A stretch of 63,320 bases of DNA, the filler included, from Sphacelaria rigidula (lineage: Eukaryota), in the NCBI GenBank assembly GCA_964200075.2. It is 7 parts of 7 records of this genome, joined end to end, with 100 filler letters (N's around TTAATTAATTAA, not from the genome) between each part and the next. Parts side by side here need not be neighbours in the genome. Positions count along the whole stretch, not along the records: positions 36,241 to 45,200 come from CAXNAA020009647.1; positions 45,301 to 54,260 come from CAXNAA020009648.1; 5 more parts are not named here. One strand, given 5' to 3'. The translations under genes were made by a program, and so were the position numbers. Positions 37,051 through 50,239 of this stretch are shown here, piece by piece. Within the stretch, counting starts at the first letter, position 1, and each line of letters starts with the position of its first letter. The notes below the pieces were generated by a model that searched no databases, was not told the origin of the DNA, and saw only the letters and a list, made by a program, of their open reading frames with translations.

Positions 37051-37229
37051 AGCCTTACCACATCATTTTTCGATCGAAAATGTGCGGTGGAAAACAAGTA
37101 TTCCGATCTGATAGGTTGTGATTTCAACCATCGTGGGTTTTTTTCAAGATGGTTTAAATCATGACCTGTCAGATCGGAATACTTGTTTTTCACCGCACTT
37201 TTTCGATCAAAAAATGATTTGCGAAGACT
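37051..37229. mobile_element. Second foldback MITE with ~80-bp arms
   Basis: ATCATTTTTCGATCGAAAA..GTGCGGTG..AACAAGTATTCCGATCTGA and its reverse complement. Confidence 0.75.
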
Positions 37230-38192
37230 CGGCCTCAGCTAACGAATCACTACGAATTTCGATGAAATCCTCGGGGTAGATTAGATTCGTCCGCAAAAAT
37301 ATTTGCGCGCAAGACAGACGTGTAAATTTCGCGCGCGTGTGTGTATGTGTGTGTGTTTTCGTTATATGAACATACCTGTTTGACTATTTTCATGATGTTC
37401 GAGTATGACACACGATTAGTGAGGCTTTTCACTATTATAATTTCAAAACATGATAGAAATGGAGATCAAAAGCAAAACACAGCGTGACGTGGCGTGACGC
37501 GACTTGATTCGACTTGACTGGACGACGTGACACTTTTTCTTTTTTTTTCAATTCCGCCTGCCAACAACACTACACGCAGCAGCGAAAAATCTGACTGCGC
37601 GCAGTAACCGTCTTGTTTGTCACTATTTTGAATTTCCGTTCTCAATTGAATGCAGGGTCAAGGCGGAGCTGCTCGCCAAGGGAATAAGCTAAAGGTGTAA
37701 ACGCCTCCGTACGGAAGAGTCGCTGCATCCCCCCCCCCCTTCCCCCCGCCCCCAGTTCAGTTTCGCGGGTGCCCCTGGCCTTCGTATGGAGTTTTGCTGG
37801 TGCAAAGGTCGCGAGTATTGCTGATAGGTGTACCGTGTGTCGTACTGATTGAGTCTTCGTGCAGACGTGTGTAGTCGAACTTCTTATAAAGCATTCGACG
37901 GTTGATATGCACGCGAAGTGAATACTCGCGTGAAGTGATTCGATTTCGACAATTTTTTCATTAATTTCGTCAAAAAAATCCACAGCATGAGTTTTTTTTT
38001 TTAATCGAAACGACACGCAACTCCACGCACGCACGCACGTCCTATCGATCCGTGCACTGCATGTTACAGACATTATGTACAGTAGCGCCCTGCTGTGTGC
38101 ACGTGGCATTTTTCGGAATAGTTTATTTCTAGCACGCCGGCGAGGGCACAAAATCAAGTTCGAGCGACTGTAGAAGCGAGCCCCCCCCCCCC

Positions 38193-38370
38193 AACATTAG
38201 TAGGATACAAATCACTTTTCTGCGGCTCGTCGAACACATCACGGCGGTTCGCGCTTGGTGATTACGAGCCCGGTCCTGCGAAAACCCGGCGTGCGCTGTC
38301 TCGCTGTGTAGGGATGCGAGGCCAATGGTCTTCACTACGGCATGCAAGATCATGAGTAGCCCCCTCCCCC
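38193..38370 (+). mobile_element. 5'-truncated poly(C)-tailed element subfamily B, with C-runs on both sides
   Basis: Begins directly after the C-run ending at 38192, aligns to 1750-1900 and ends ATCATGAGTAG followed by a C-run. Confidence 0.75.
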
Positions 38371-40429
38371 TCACACAGTCTAGTAGGACGTTGTTCTACT
38401 CTTTGACAAGTTATGCCCCCTCAAAAAGTGACTTTTGCGATATATCTGAGCGAACTGCACCGCAATGCTTTCTCCGGGCCATCGTTTGAATGTTTATGAT
38501 TGCTGTAGGGCTGGGAAGTTGTGTTCGCCATGATACTGTGTACAGTACCTATCCTCGTGGACATCCGCCATCCATTACAGGGTAGTAGTGGTACTACCTC
38601 TTGGTACTATTATTTGCCCTACGTCGGGTGTTGGTTGTCGATGGGGATGAGACTTGGCAATGACTATGGTCTGTTGGGCGTAGGGGCCAGTGGTGTTCAC
38701 TTTCACCCCTGCGGTGCCAGATGCTTTATAGATGGATGGTAGACGGAGCGCTCACTGGAGTACCGTGAAAAACAGTGGCTTTGGTTGAATGATATAGAGC
38801 AATGGAGGAGTTGGGAGTCACGTAAGATATGATATATGTTATCATCAGTAAGGCCGGAGCTGGCAAACGCGAAGAGGAGCTGCTCAGGGTATGTAGTGTC
38901 GCAATTTTTCCGTTGGAGGTCAGACGGAGGTGAATTCCCGGAATGAGTTCTGGCGCTCAAGGGGTTGAGTATCGATTGTTACGCTGATGCGCAGTACTGG
39001 GTACCGCATCTTTACAACCCAAACCCCCCCCCCGTGAACTACTCTGGACCTGAANNNNNNNNNNCTGAATGAGTTCTGGCGCTTAGGGGGTTGAGTTTCG
39101 ATTCTTACACTATTGGGCAATCATGGGTTCCCCCCCTCCCCCCCCCCCCCCGCCTCCCTCGACTGACTCGAGCAAGCATGTATATATTTGTTTGATTGTA
39201 CGGATATCTCTCTGTCTTTCTCGCAGTATCCAGCCGGTTCGGTTGATAGTGCGCGTGCGTGGTACTGGAAATAGCGACGAACACGATGTCGCTGTGTGTG
39301 TTATAGTGTGTGACTTGCTTTTTGGCGCCTTATGTGGTGTTGTTTTTGTTGTTGTTGTCGTTGTTGTCGTTGTTGTCGTTGTTGTTGTTGTTGGTGGTGG
39401 TGGTTGTGTTCATTGTTGTTTTCGAGCAAGGCACGTGATTCCCTTATTCTGTCGATTTTTGTGACCCTGGGTTGAGTCAAGTACAGTATGAGTTCGGACC
39501 GAAGCAGCGAGCAATAGCCTTGTGTTATTTTCCTCTTTTGTTTTTCGGGTATAGAGGGAAAACCAAATGATGAGGAGCCTGCCTATTGTCCGTTTCGTTG
39601 ACCACTGAGAACGACCTGGTTGTGTGTCATCTCTCATCGGATGATCCGGCATCCTCTCCACTTTATGAATGGATGAGTTTCAAGAAGTTGTCGCCCCCCT
39701 ACGGGTCTGTCTCAAAACGTCCGGAAACAAGGAATGCTGCGTACGGTATATGGAGAGGAGATCGATCATCGCGTATGCGCGCTGATTGCTGACTGTGCGT
39801 GATGGCTGAGCATCTTCATGCATGTCATTTTGACGACACTCTGTACCCACCCTATAATTTTTTTCCTCACCTGGAGTTGTTCTCGGAAATACCCACCTGG
39901 CACTGGGATTCTTCCACTTGTTTCCGGAGTTTTCTTCGAAAAAGTCGTACCACACAAAAACAATAGTACGCGTGCTAGAGTCGAAGAGAAAAGCTATCAA
40001 CAACGTTTTCGTGAGTTCGAGAGTAGAGCGCTGATCAAGAGTGGCTTCTGTAATTCGCTTTAACCCAGCCATTTTTTCGTCCCGTTTGTGATTTTATTTG
40101 CCTCCACTCGCGTGTGCTCACAGCTACACGTCGATATCTCACTCAGGGCTATCAAGGACCTCAGTTGCAAGGTATTATTACTACAGAAAGCATATCAGGC
40201 GTCGTGGAGGGGCATTTCGGAACTGAAACGACTCATTCACTAATTGACCGCTTTTCACTCTCAATCGTATCCTCTACTCTCAATCTCACGAAAACGTTGT
40301 TTATCGTAGCCTGCACCGTGATGGAAGCTTTCTGTTTCGTTGGATTGATGAAAAAGTGGAAAATCTGTCCCATGATGCCCGGGTGTCGATCAGTTCTTGT
40401 GCAAAGCACAATTAATCTACCCTTTTTGT

Positions 40430-40669
40430 GACTGATGCCGCGATAAGCCCCCCCCCCCCCCCTCAGAAAAATGACCGGTTTGTGGGGGGAAAAATTTACG
40501 TGTGGATCAAAATGACAAATGCCGAGCACGCCGAGTAGCTACTACTGTAGGAACTCCCATCGCACCCTTGAGAATCCTGTCTGCAACCAGCTATCATGGG
40601 CGATCTGGACATTTTCTTCGCGACAGGTTTGGGGCTCGTTTGTAGGGGGGCTATTGCGCGGCGCTACTC
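40430..40669. mobile_element. Sola2-like MITE family 2, degenerate copy
   Basis: Homologous to 41925-42205; termini and TSD are decayed. Confidence 0.55.
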
Positions 40670-40971
40670 TTTTGTGGAGAAAACTTGGAGGGTACGTTTT
40701 TTTTTCTTCACGAGGGCGGGCTAGAGGGTGTTTTCCACCGTAATACATGCACGGTGGGATATATTTCATCATGCAGTCTGGGTGCTGCTACGGATATGAT
40801 GCACGTCTGGACCGTCAAAGCACCCCTATTTTGTTCTTGTGGGGGGAAGTAGCAACACTACGTGACCCCAAAAAGTGTTTCCGGCACAAATGGGGCCAAC
40901 GCAAACAGGACCAAGCTGCGGAGTGCGCGGCGTCCTCTGATCGGTCATCATCCGGCACTTTTTTTACTTTT

Positions 40972-41684
40972 AACAGCCGATCATCGAAATCGAGGATGAA
41001 GCTTTTCATTGAGTGGATAAGGACCCGGAGGAGAGAAATCTTCGTACCCACGCCGAGTCTTCGAAATATGGTTCACTCCTCCACCTACTGGTAGCTATTG
41101 ACAAATACTGCACGTCATACAAATTTGGATTTCGATAACCGAAATAAATGTTGGGGTTGTGGATGAGAGTGATGCTACGGTAGGGGTACACCAATATTTT
41201 ATGAGGTTTGAGTTGTTAGGAGCCCTTTATCTCATCCCAAACACGACTTATGAAAATATGTGAGAGTAGGCCAGGATCACTATTCCATTGTGCTGGGGAT
41301 ATCCCGAATTAATCTGCAAACGGGGATGCCCCGACCCATATTCTTGTGCGTCTAGAATCGTTAGGAGCCCCTGAACCAGACAAAATTTAGCAAAAAAAGT
41401 GCACCCCTACCGTAGCATTGCTCATGAAAAAACTATTTTGGGGAATTCCGGCGATCCGATCGGATCACCTAAATTCCCCAAAATTATTTCCTCATCTAGG
41501 ACCCCAACATTTCGGTTATTGGATTCCAAATTTGTAGGGCGTGTAGCAGTTGCCAATGGCTACCAGTAAGTGAAGGAATGGAACCATAATATTTCGAAGA
41601 TTTGGTGTGGATACGAAGATTTTGATCCTCCGGGTTCTCATCCTCAATGAAAAGCTCCGTCCTCAATTTCGATGATCGGCTGTT
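40972..41684. mobile_element. Long-TIR (~185 bp) foldback element with AACAG termini, host to a Sola2-like MITE
   Basis: AACAGCCGATCATCGAAA...TTTCGATGATCGGCTGTT. Second copy at 49550-50015 and a partial copy at about 35925-36140. Confidence 0.75.
41167..41423. mobile_element. Sola2-like MITE family 1
   Basis: GAGTGATGCTACGGTAGGGGT...ACCCCTACCGTAGCATTGCTC with TSD ATGA on both sides. Confidence 0.85.
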
Positions 41685-41924
41685 TTCTCACTATTCTGCG
41701 ACACAAAATATCTCCTGGTGGTGGTACCCGTTTGTGGCGGTTTGGTACAAGAGTTCGAAAGTATGGTAAGATACATGCAAGACGATGCTGCACCCCAAGG
41801 GGAGCGATGATATATGTGCATGGTCAGGAATAGTATTGTTTTATTATCATTGTACACGACAACGGCAAAACGTCTAGGGGAGAAATATCCGCTTCTCAAA
41901 AATCTACTACATTATTCCTCACCA

Positions 41925-42205
41925 GAGTGATGCCGCGACAGTCCCCCCCGCCCCCCCCGAATAAGAGTGGCTGATTTGAGGAGAAAAAATCTGCACTCAC
42001 AAATCAAAATCACAAACATCGAGGGCATCGAGCAGCTGGGAACTCCCACGCTTGCGATCGTTTTCCCCAATGCCGCCCACATGATGAGGCGCTTCATCAC
42101 GCAGTCTGAAACCAGCTATCATGCGCTGTATGGCCATCTTCTTCGCGGCAGTTTTGGGGCTGGTTTGGGGAGGGGGCGGGGGGGGGGTCTATCGCGGAAT
42201 CACTC
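41925..42205. mobile_element. Sola2-like MITE family 2
   Basis: GAGTGATGCCGCGA...TCGCGGAATCACTC with TSD ACCA on both sides. Confidence 0.75.
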
Positions 42206-42819
42206 ACCAGTTAGTTCTTATGATTGCTCCCCAGTTTCCATAACAAAAATGTCGTGTTTTTATATGTACCCGAATTATTGTCCGATGAGCTGAAATTTAT
42301 GGACGACGTGTAACTAACATCAAGGCAGCGACAACTGAATGTTTCGGTCATCCACTTATCGAGGTTCGAAAGTTACGGTCACGACAAAAGTTGGTGGAAT
42401 TTTCTACACCAACAGTGAACGGGATTTCCGGGCCGTTGGGAATCTACATTATTATATATCTCCTTGGGGTTCTCGCTCGAGGTCTGAGAGTTTGGCCCTG
42501 AAATGTTTGGGAGAAAAGCTCATCGAGCATCCGAAACGGTCATTATTGAATGTAATGATAGTGTCAAAAGTTGAAGTGCGACAATCAATCAATCAAATCG
42601 AATCGAATCATCAATCGAATCATCAATCGAATCAATCAATCAATCAATCAATGATGATGATGACGGTGCTCTGATCGCATTCGCATTTTGGGAGAATTCT
42701 GGCCTTTGTTGCTTCGTGGGCGCGTACACGTGTAAATGCACACGTGCTACTAATAATATGCAGTAGTAGTGGCAGGCCAACTAAGATACCTTCTCACCAT
42801 ATGGCGAAATAACCCGGAC

Positions 42820-44190
42820 TTTTCACGGGAAGACGGCATGGGACGGGACGGCATGGGACGGGACGGAAATCACCGTCCTTTCAAAGACGACGGAAGGAGG
42901 AGGAAATTTTCCCTGTTGCATCGAAAAATGACAGGACGGAACGGGGCACGGGGAACTTTTGCTATATGTCGGGACGGGACAGGGCGGGAAGTATCCCCCT
43001 GAAAACACGACGGGACTAGACGGGATGAGACGGGACGGGAAGGAGTAATACCGTCCACTGAGATTCCCGTCCCGTTTCGGCTCGTTTCCACGTTGAAATC
43101 AAGGTAATCCCTTAAATTCCTAAAATAATGTATGCGCTGGGGCAAAAAATTCGTGAAGACGATGCCTTCACACATCGGTAAACACAAACATTTAAATAAT
43201 ATTGCGTTATTCCCACCAGCAGCGGGCGGCAATAACGATTAACTTGAAGCACGGCAGCAGCAACCAGCGACACGGCAGACCCTTACCAAGCAGTGTATCC
43301 GAATATAAACTCCAAGACGGGAAAAGCGCAAATGAACAAGGGTCACTAAGCAGTACATGCTGCTGAAATACTGCACATATCAACTAATCCCTCCAGCTAT
43401 GCGCAGGTACAACAGCAGGACCGTTGAGTGACCCAAGGAGCGCTGAAGCCTTTTTTATACATTTTTTTTCTGCAAGTGACATGCCTCGAATATGACAAAG
43501 GTCCGGACGTACTTCGAACTCGAAATACATTCAATTTCCCATGAGAGACTGGATGGGAATTCCCGTTCCATTGACGGGAAGTTTCGGAGGGACATAATGA
43601 AGTGTCGAGGGATGCTACGGTAGGAGTGCACAGACATTTTCTGATATAGGAATTATTAATAGCCCTTTACCTCATCCAAAACACGACTTATGAAATATGT
43701 GAGTGTACGTCAGGATTACTATTCTAATGTGCTAGGGATACCCCGAATGAAATTGCAAACGGGGGTGCCCTGACCCATATTCTTGTGCATGTAAAATCTT
43801 TGGGAGCCCCTGAACCAGACGAGATTCCGCGCAAAAACTGCAACCCTACCATAGCATTGCTCTGTCCCGTGAAGTACTATATCAGAAACTAGCCACCATT
43901 CATGTCCCGTGAGGAGACGGAACAAAAACGGGGAAAACGGGAAAAGGGTACGGGACGGGACTTTTCTTTCTCCCCTCGAATACGGCGGGACGGGATGGAG
44001 GTTTTCGCCGTTGCTAAAAACTGCCCGAACAATAACGGGGTGGGGCAGGAAGTTGAGAGTTGTCGGGGCCGGACGGGACGGAAGTGTCTCCCTGAACAAA
44101 GAAGGAGATGCGAGGGGGAATCCGCTCCCTGAAGAAGGACGGGACGGGATGGGACAGGAAAATCCGTCCCGTTCCGTCGTTTTCCCCGTG
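42820..44190. repeat. GGGAC/GACGG motif arrays in both orientations, probably DNA transposon subterminal repeats
   Basis: Clusters at 42825-43090 and 43905-44190. Boundaries are approximate. Confidence 0.5.
43607..43862. mobile_element. Sola2-like MITE family 1
   Basis: GAGGGATGCTACGGTAGGAGTGCA...CCCTACCATAGCATTGCTC with TSD TGTC on both sides. Confidence 0.85.
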
Positions 44191-45200
44191 AGATTTCCCC
44201 TCGTAATGAGCCGTGGAATGAACTGCGCGCATGAAGTTCCGGCGGGTCCAACAAAAAAGGAAAGGTGAGTAATAATCGGAAAATATTTGTTTTGCTCCTT
44301 TTGCCTCCAAAAGAAGGCCATCACGTCGCGATCCTGGATTGTTGGTGATCGGTGTAAAAGTAGACATCATCAACACCCACCACACACACACATTTTTTTC
44401 TTCAAGTGAATGAACAGAACGCGCACTGATCATCCCACATCACTACGATAACAGCTCCCCGCCATCATTCATTATTCATCCTCTACACGCCAAGAAAGAA
44501 AGAAATACAGCACGCGCAAAACATCATGCCCGTGTAGTTATTATATGTCACCACAAATCAACGAACTAGACGCACGTGAATAATTTCGGGGTGCACGACA
44601 TGAAAGCACATGAAATAAACTGAAACAAGTCACCGAAACGATGTAGATTTACTACTATTTCTACACCTTTTGCACGGAAATGTGCATGTCGACGTTTGTC
44701 GCACGATCGGAACCGGCGTAGCAACGTCAACGACGACGACGACGACAACGACACGACATGAAAACAGCACGCACAACAACAACAACAAACAACAACAACA
44801 ACAACACGGCGTAATAACAGCACGCACAACAACCACCAACGGCACTAAGGATATGTACGTGAACAACCGGGAGTCACAAAAAGTAAGCCACAAACAAGGC
44901 CGGGAAACAATCATGGATGGTACCGAACTACTGTACATGCGCTGTGCGCAACGTAGAGTGGTACGTGACGGCTACTGCTGCTGCTGCTGCTGCCCGAATA
45001 CTCGAAATAGCCCTGGGCATACGGTAGCTCGCACCCACTATCCGTGAGCCTCTCTCACGTTTATGGAAGCATAATGTTACCACCAAATCACGCAGAATAA
45101 AGCAGCAGCATCACTTGGCATCATCGTCGTCACAGATGGGCTCGAATTCATCTTGTGAGCCAGCCCCGAAGCATGAGTCTTCTTCTAGCGTGAGCTCGAG

Positions 45201-45300
45201 NNNNNNNNNNNNNNNNNNNNNNNNNNNNNNNNNNNNNNNNNNNNTTAATTAATTAANNNNNNNNNNNNNNNNNNNNNNNNNNNNNNNNNNNNNNNNNNNN
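45201..45300. other. Artificial contig linker
   Basis: N44-TTAATTAATTAA-N44. Confidence 0.98.
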
Positions 45301-45563
45301 AAGGCAAGCAACAAATGAGTACCCCCCCCCCCTTCCCCCTGCCTATGTCAATGGTCTAATGACTATGGCATGCATGATCATGAGTACACCCCCCTCCCTA
45401 TGCCTCTCAAAAACCCGGCGTGCTCCGATTCTGCTTTGTATGGATACGGGGCCAACCATCTCGTGACTACGATATTCAAGACCATGGGTACACCCGCCCC
45501 CCCCCCCCCCACCCGTCCAAGTGCGTACGTATGAGGTATGAGTACCCTCCCCCACCCCCCCCC
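45301..45563 (+). mobile_element. Head-to-tail stack of four poly(C)-tailed 3' ends
   Basis: Four segments each ending ATG(A/G)GTAC followed by a C-run, with tails near 45322, 45388, 45493 and 45545. Confidence 0.75.
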
Positions 45564-46489
45564 GCCATACCCAACTGAGCCGGACGAGCACAAGTTGACA
45601 GCCAAACAAGCAATGCACACGGAAGCACAGCAATGGCCATGCGCAGTAACGTCATCATGGGGCGGTCATGGTAGGGCTGAAGAGGCAGGGGCGGCGCTGC
45701 CATCGGGGGGTGTGCCACGGTGGCGTCGGGTCCGCCGCTCATCTGTCGCGTTGGAGTCGGTGGAGTCGCGAGCTCAAAAAAAGGATAGGCAGATGTGGAA
45801 GATCATCACTTTCATTGTTCGACGGACACCATGGCTTCAGTGATGATGTCTCTAAGCTGTACATAGTGGGAACGGGACAGTGGGACTGAAAGTTTCTAAG
45901 TTCGTGAGGCCACTGTGCGTGGATGGTGCAAGTAGTGTCCGGTGGTGAACACATTCTATCCTTCCCAAAATGTGAAATCGCAGGTGGTGGTCATAGATGG
46001 GCATGCTGTGCCAATTGTGCACTAGGCATACACACTGACGGCAACTATCTATGCCGCAGGCGTCAATCGTTATCCGGCCCGCGCTGGCCGTGACGTCTCG
46101 AAACGATGATTCCTTCATACTCGGGTCCTAGACTCCTGCGCGAGAAACTGGAGGACATCGCAGCAGCGGGGGGTGGCTCGCATGGGGAGTCGAGGGATGA
46201 TGCAAGGAGCACGGACCGGGCTCCGGCCAAGGTACCGGTTATGCCGGTTGGTGATGGACGTATGACGGTCACCATGCGGGCGATGCAGCAGCCAGTCGAG
46301 GAGAAAAAGTCATATTTACACACATTGTCGTCATATTGTAGGCAGCACTGGGTCTGTGCATTCCCTTAGCTGATTACAACAAGCAGCAATGCTGATGTTC
46401 GGGGTTGCCCATTGTTCAATTTGAAAATGGGCACGAAAAACGCGACGAGAAAAACTCCATTCACGTCTCGAAAGTGAATAGATGGAGAT

Positions 46490-46747
46490 GAGCAATGCTA
46501 CGGTAGGGGTGCACTTTTTTCGCGAAATTATGTCTAGTCCAGCGGCACCTAACGATTCTAGACGTACAAAAGTGTGGATCAGGACATCCCCGTTTGCAAA
46601 TTCATTCGGGATATCTCCAGCACATTGGAAATAGTAATCCTGGCGTACTTTCACATGTTTTCATAGGTAGTGTTTTGCATGAGATAAAGGGCGCCTAACA
46701 ATTCTAACCCCAGAAAATGTTTCTGCACTCCCACCGTAGCATCACTC
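46490..46747. mobile_element. Sola2-like MITE family 1
   Basis: GAGCAATGCTACGGTAGGGGTGCA...TGCACTCCCACCGTAGCATCACTC with TSD AGAT/GGAT (one mismatch). Confidence 0.8.
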
Positions 46748-47489
46748 GGATGAGAAACGCGCTCGTTCGGAAAACGAGGGGAAACGTGAAAAAATGTGAC
46801 AAAGAGCCCCTTTTTCATACTCAAAACTGGCGCTCAAGGGGATGCGATCCTCCGAGCCTGCAGTTGGTAGGCCCCCTTGGCAGAACAGTCGACTTGAAAC
46901 AACTGTGGAGAATTTCAAAAGCACGAGGCAACGGGCGACAAAGAATTACGTATGGAACACCTTATCTACTGTATCCAACCCCCTATTCCGTGTTTGGGGG
47001 TAGTCGAGACACCGCACTGTTCCGCCAGAACTACGCCCGACCACCCTGTCAGTCAGAGAGAGGTATGGTATGGGGAATCGTCAACCTCATATTGTATTTT
47101 GAACTTGTCAACGTCCGCCTGTAATCCTCCCCAATATCCCCCGCGATATGGCCACAATTACATAGAGCGCAAGATGTTGTGCAAAGATTCGTGCTTTGAC
47201 TGTGTTCAACTTGGCACCTGTGTGGTTGGATCGATCAAGTGTCACGTCGTCGAGGGCGCGTGGGAGTATTTTGTATGATAGTCTTTACACTAACCGCGAC
47301 TTTCAGACGCGTGGTTGAGTCGTGGGTCGTGGAATTTGTCGATGTGGGCGCGTCTTGAAGTACTGTTGACACGAAAAACCTTTTCCCTCTACACCTTGAA
47401 CTGTATGACAGTTCTACCCCAGGGAAATATTTCGTCCCGAATTTCACAAGTGGCTCTATTTCAGGTAGAAGATTATGTTATCGCCCTGC

Positions 47490-50120
47490 AACTTTCATCT
47501 GGGATGTAGTATCCCCCAGGGATATCCACTTACATCCGAGGTATCCGTATCCATCTGCGATATCCATCTGGGATATGGATATCCACGTAGGATATCTGAG
47601 TCCATCCATGGAATACTCATCAGGGATATTCACAGCTATCTGGGATAATATCATGTTCATCTGGAATGTCCATCCGGGATATGAATATCCACTTGGGAAA
47701 TACCAGATGGATCTGAAATCCCAGATCGATCTAAAGTCTCAGATGGACATCCCAGGTGGATCCGAAATTCCAGACGGATATCCCGAATGGATATCACAGG
47801 TGAAAATCACAGGTGGATATCCCAGTGCCAATTATATCCCACATGAACATCATCGACGGATAATCACGTGTATGGGATATCGATACCCCATCTAACAGGC
47901 GATCCTGGTCATGGGAACGAAAGTTTGATATGGGAACGAACTGAGGTCGAAATTGCATGTTATATTGCAACCGATCATGTAAAATCTGCGTGGATCATCA
48001 ACGTTGACGCGGAACCTCCATACGAGACCACGGTTAGTCTGTATCTTTTATATGAATACCCTGGAGGATATCCAAGATAGATATACCAGAAGATGGACCT
48101 CATGTCTCAGATGGATATCTCAGATGTACAGTACCTCAAGCTCAAAGTAGGGTATTTGGTAATTTCTTCGTAATCGGCGATTCTTTCGCATGCCACCGCT
48201 CATCACATTAAGAATTCCAAGAAAAAAAAAATCTGTATTGAATACTGAGTGACTGACGGGCTGACTGGTCATCGGGGGTCCTGTTACAGACAGAATGGTT
48301 GGTAGCCCCTCTGGCTTGTCCGTGCACTAGTTCGTTCTTACTACTGTCTCAATTGTTGTGGTTATCATGATCGCTGCGCAAGCGCTGTGATGGCGGATCT
48401 TCACAAGACGGGGCATGACGTGAAATTTCCTACTTCAACCAAACATGCGGCATATTTATCCATGTACAGTGCAGTATGCACTGATTTGTACGTACTCGCT
48501 CACCATCATCGCAGCGCAAAACGGTTTTCCAGCGCAAGAGATGATCAGTTTAACGCAGAACAGCTAATCCTGAATGTCAGGGTGTCTTGATCACAGCTTC
48601 AGGCGATAGTATTTCTCTTTTGTGGCGGTGGCTTTGATAGCCTCATCAATACATTTACATGAGCTCTCAGCTCGTTTTTGTGCCCGTGAAGAGAGTAAAA
48701 CCAAGGGTCGCACCGGGTCATGCTACCACGGCGCGCACGGAGGCGTGTCTGTAACCATCACAACGGACACCACTCCCTCTCCTCTAGTTGGAAGACCCGT
48801 AGGTTACATTAACTAGCCCTCCGAGTCCGTCAGTCGGAAAGCTGGGCTCATCCTCGTATTACCCTCCCACCATTACGCCGTGACTCATAACAGTCCTGCC
48901 ACTTTTTCAGCCGCGGATTCTGATGCTTCGATATTTTCGGTTGATCGAGCCTGTCCCGATTGTATTTGTGAAGAAATGGACAGTCTTGTTTTATTCAAGT
49001 TCTACCTACTCATCGTACTAGAGCCGAAAAACTGTGTGTTCACGGTCAAAAACACCTTCCTGATAAACGCGGTACCTACTCGTATCGTCCGATAACACCA
49101 ACTAGCAATAACTTGGGCACTGACTGTGTTTTCAGAAAGATTTGTTTATTTTACGATAATTTACCGACGCTAGCACTTTCGAGTTCTATCGAAGAGTAGT
49201 ACACGAGAAACCACCCGAAAAGACCCAGGTACTTTGAACTTGAGGAATAAATGATATATAAGATGGACATCCCAGATGGATATATGGCATCTTAGATGGA
49301 CATCGCAGGTGGACACGTATATCCATCTGGGATATGACTTTCCAGATGGATATCGCAGATGGATACCATTCAGTCTGGAATAGCCACCTGAGATATGACT
49401 TTCCAGATGGATATCATAGATCGATAAATCTGTAAGATGGACATCCCAGATGGATATCACAGATCGATAAATCTGTAAGATGGACATCCCAGATGGATAT
49501 ATATATCCCCAGATGGATGTCGCAGATGGATACCATTGCGTCTGGAATAAACAGTCGATCATCGAAAGTGGGGATGGAGTTTTTCATTGAGGATGAGAAC
49601 ACGGAAAATTAAAATCTTCGCGTCAACATCAAATCTTCGAAATATGGTTCCATTTCTTCACCCATCATCATCATCATCATTCCTTCACCTACTGGTAGCT
49701 ATTGACAACTGCTACGCGCGCTACAAATTTGGATCTCGATAACCGAAATGTTGGGGTCTTGGATTAAAAAAATCGGGGAAATTAGGTCATCCGATCGGAT
49801 CGTGGAAATTCCCAGAAATTGTTTTTCATTTATGACCCCAACATTTCGGTTATCGAAATCATGATTTGTATGGCGTGTAGTACTTGTTAATAGCTACCAT
49901 TAGATGAAGGGATGGACCCATATTTCGAAGATCTGGTGTGGATACGAAGATTTTAATCCTCCGGTTTCTGATCCTCAATGAAGAGCCCCATCCTCAATTT
50001 CCATGATCGGCTTTTAATAGCCGTCTGAGATATGACTTTCCAGATGGATATCACAGGTGGGAAAAATTATGATATCCCAGGCGGATATTCCAGGTGGACA
50101 TGATATCCCAGATGGAAATT
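47490..50120. repeat. CCAGATGGATATC motif arrays at 47490-48130, 49250-49545 and 50020-50120
   Basis: Degenerate short units, inverted at 47490-47700 and forward thereafter. There is a ~43-bp tandem duplication at 49406-49491. Confidence 0.65.
49550..50015. mobile_element. Long-TIR foldback element with AACAG termini
   Basis: 4-bp TSD AATA. The empty site CTGGAATAGCC is visible in the paralogous array unit at about 49375. Confidence 0.8.
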
Positions 50121-50239
50121 GCACGATAATGCAAGAACTTGCAGGCACTAGATTATATTTCGCGATGATCCCGTCCGCAACGACAAATACCGAAAACTTT
50201 CATGATCAGCTTTTAGTCACGGAGCGTCGACTACTATTA

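Noticed and set aside
47575-47895. Repetitive MDI/GYP ORFs (also 49170-49602)
   Set aside because: They are translations of the GATATC motif array.
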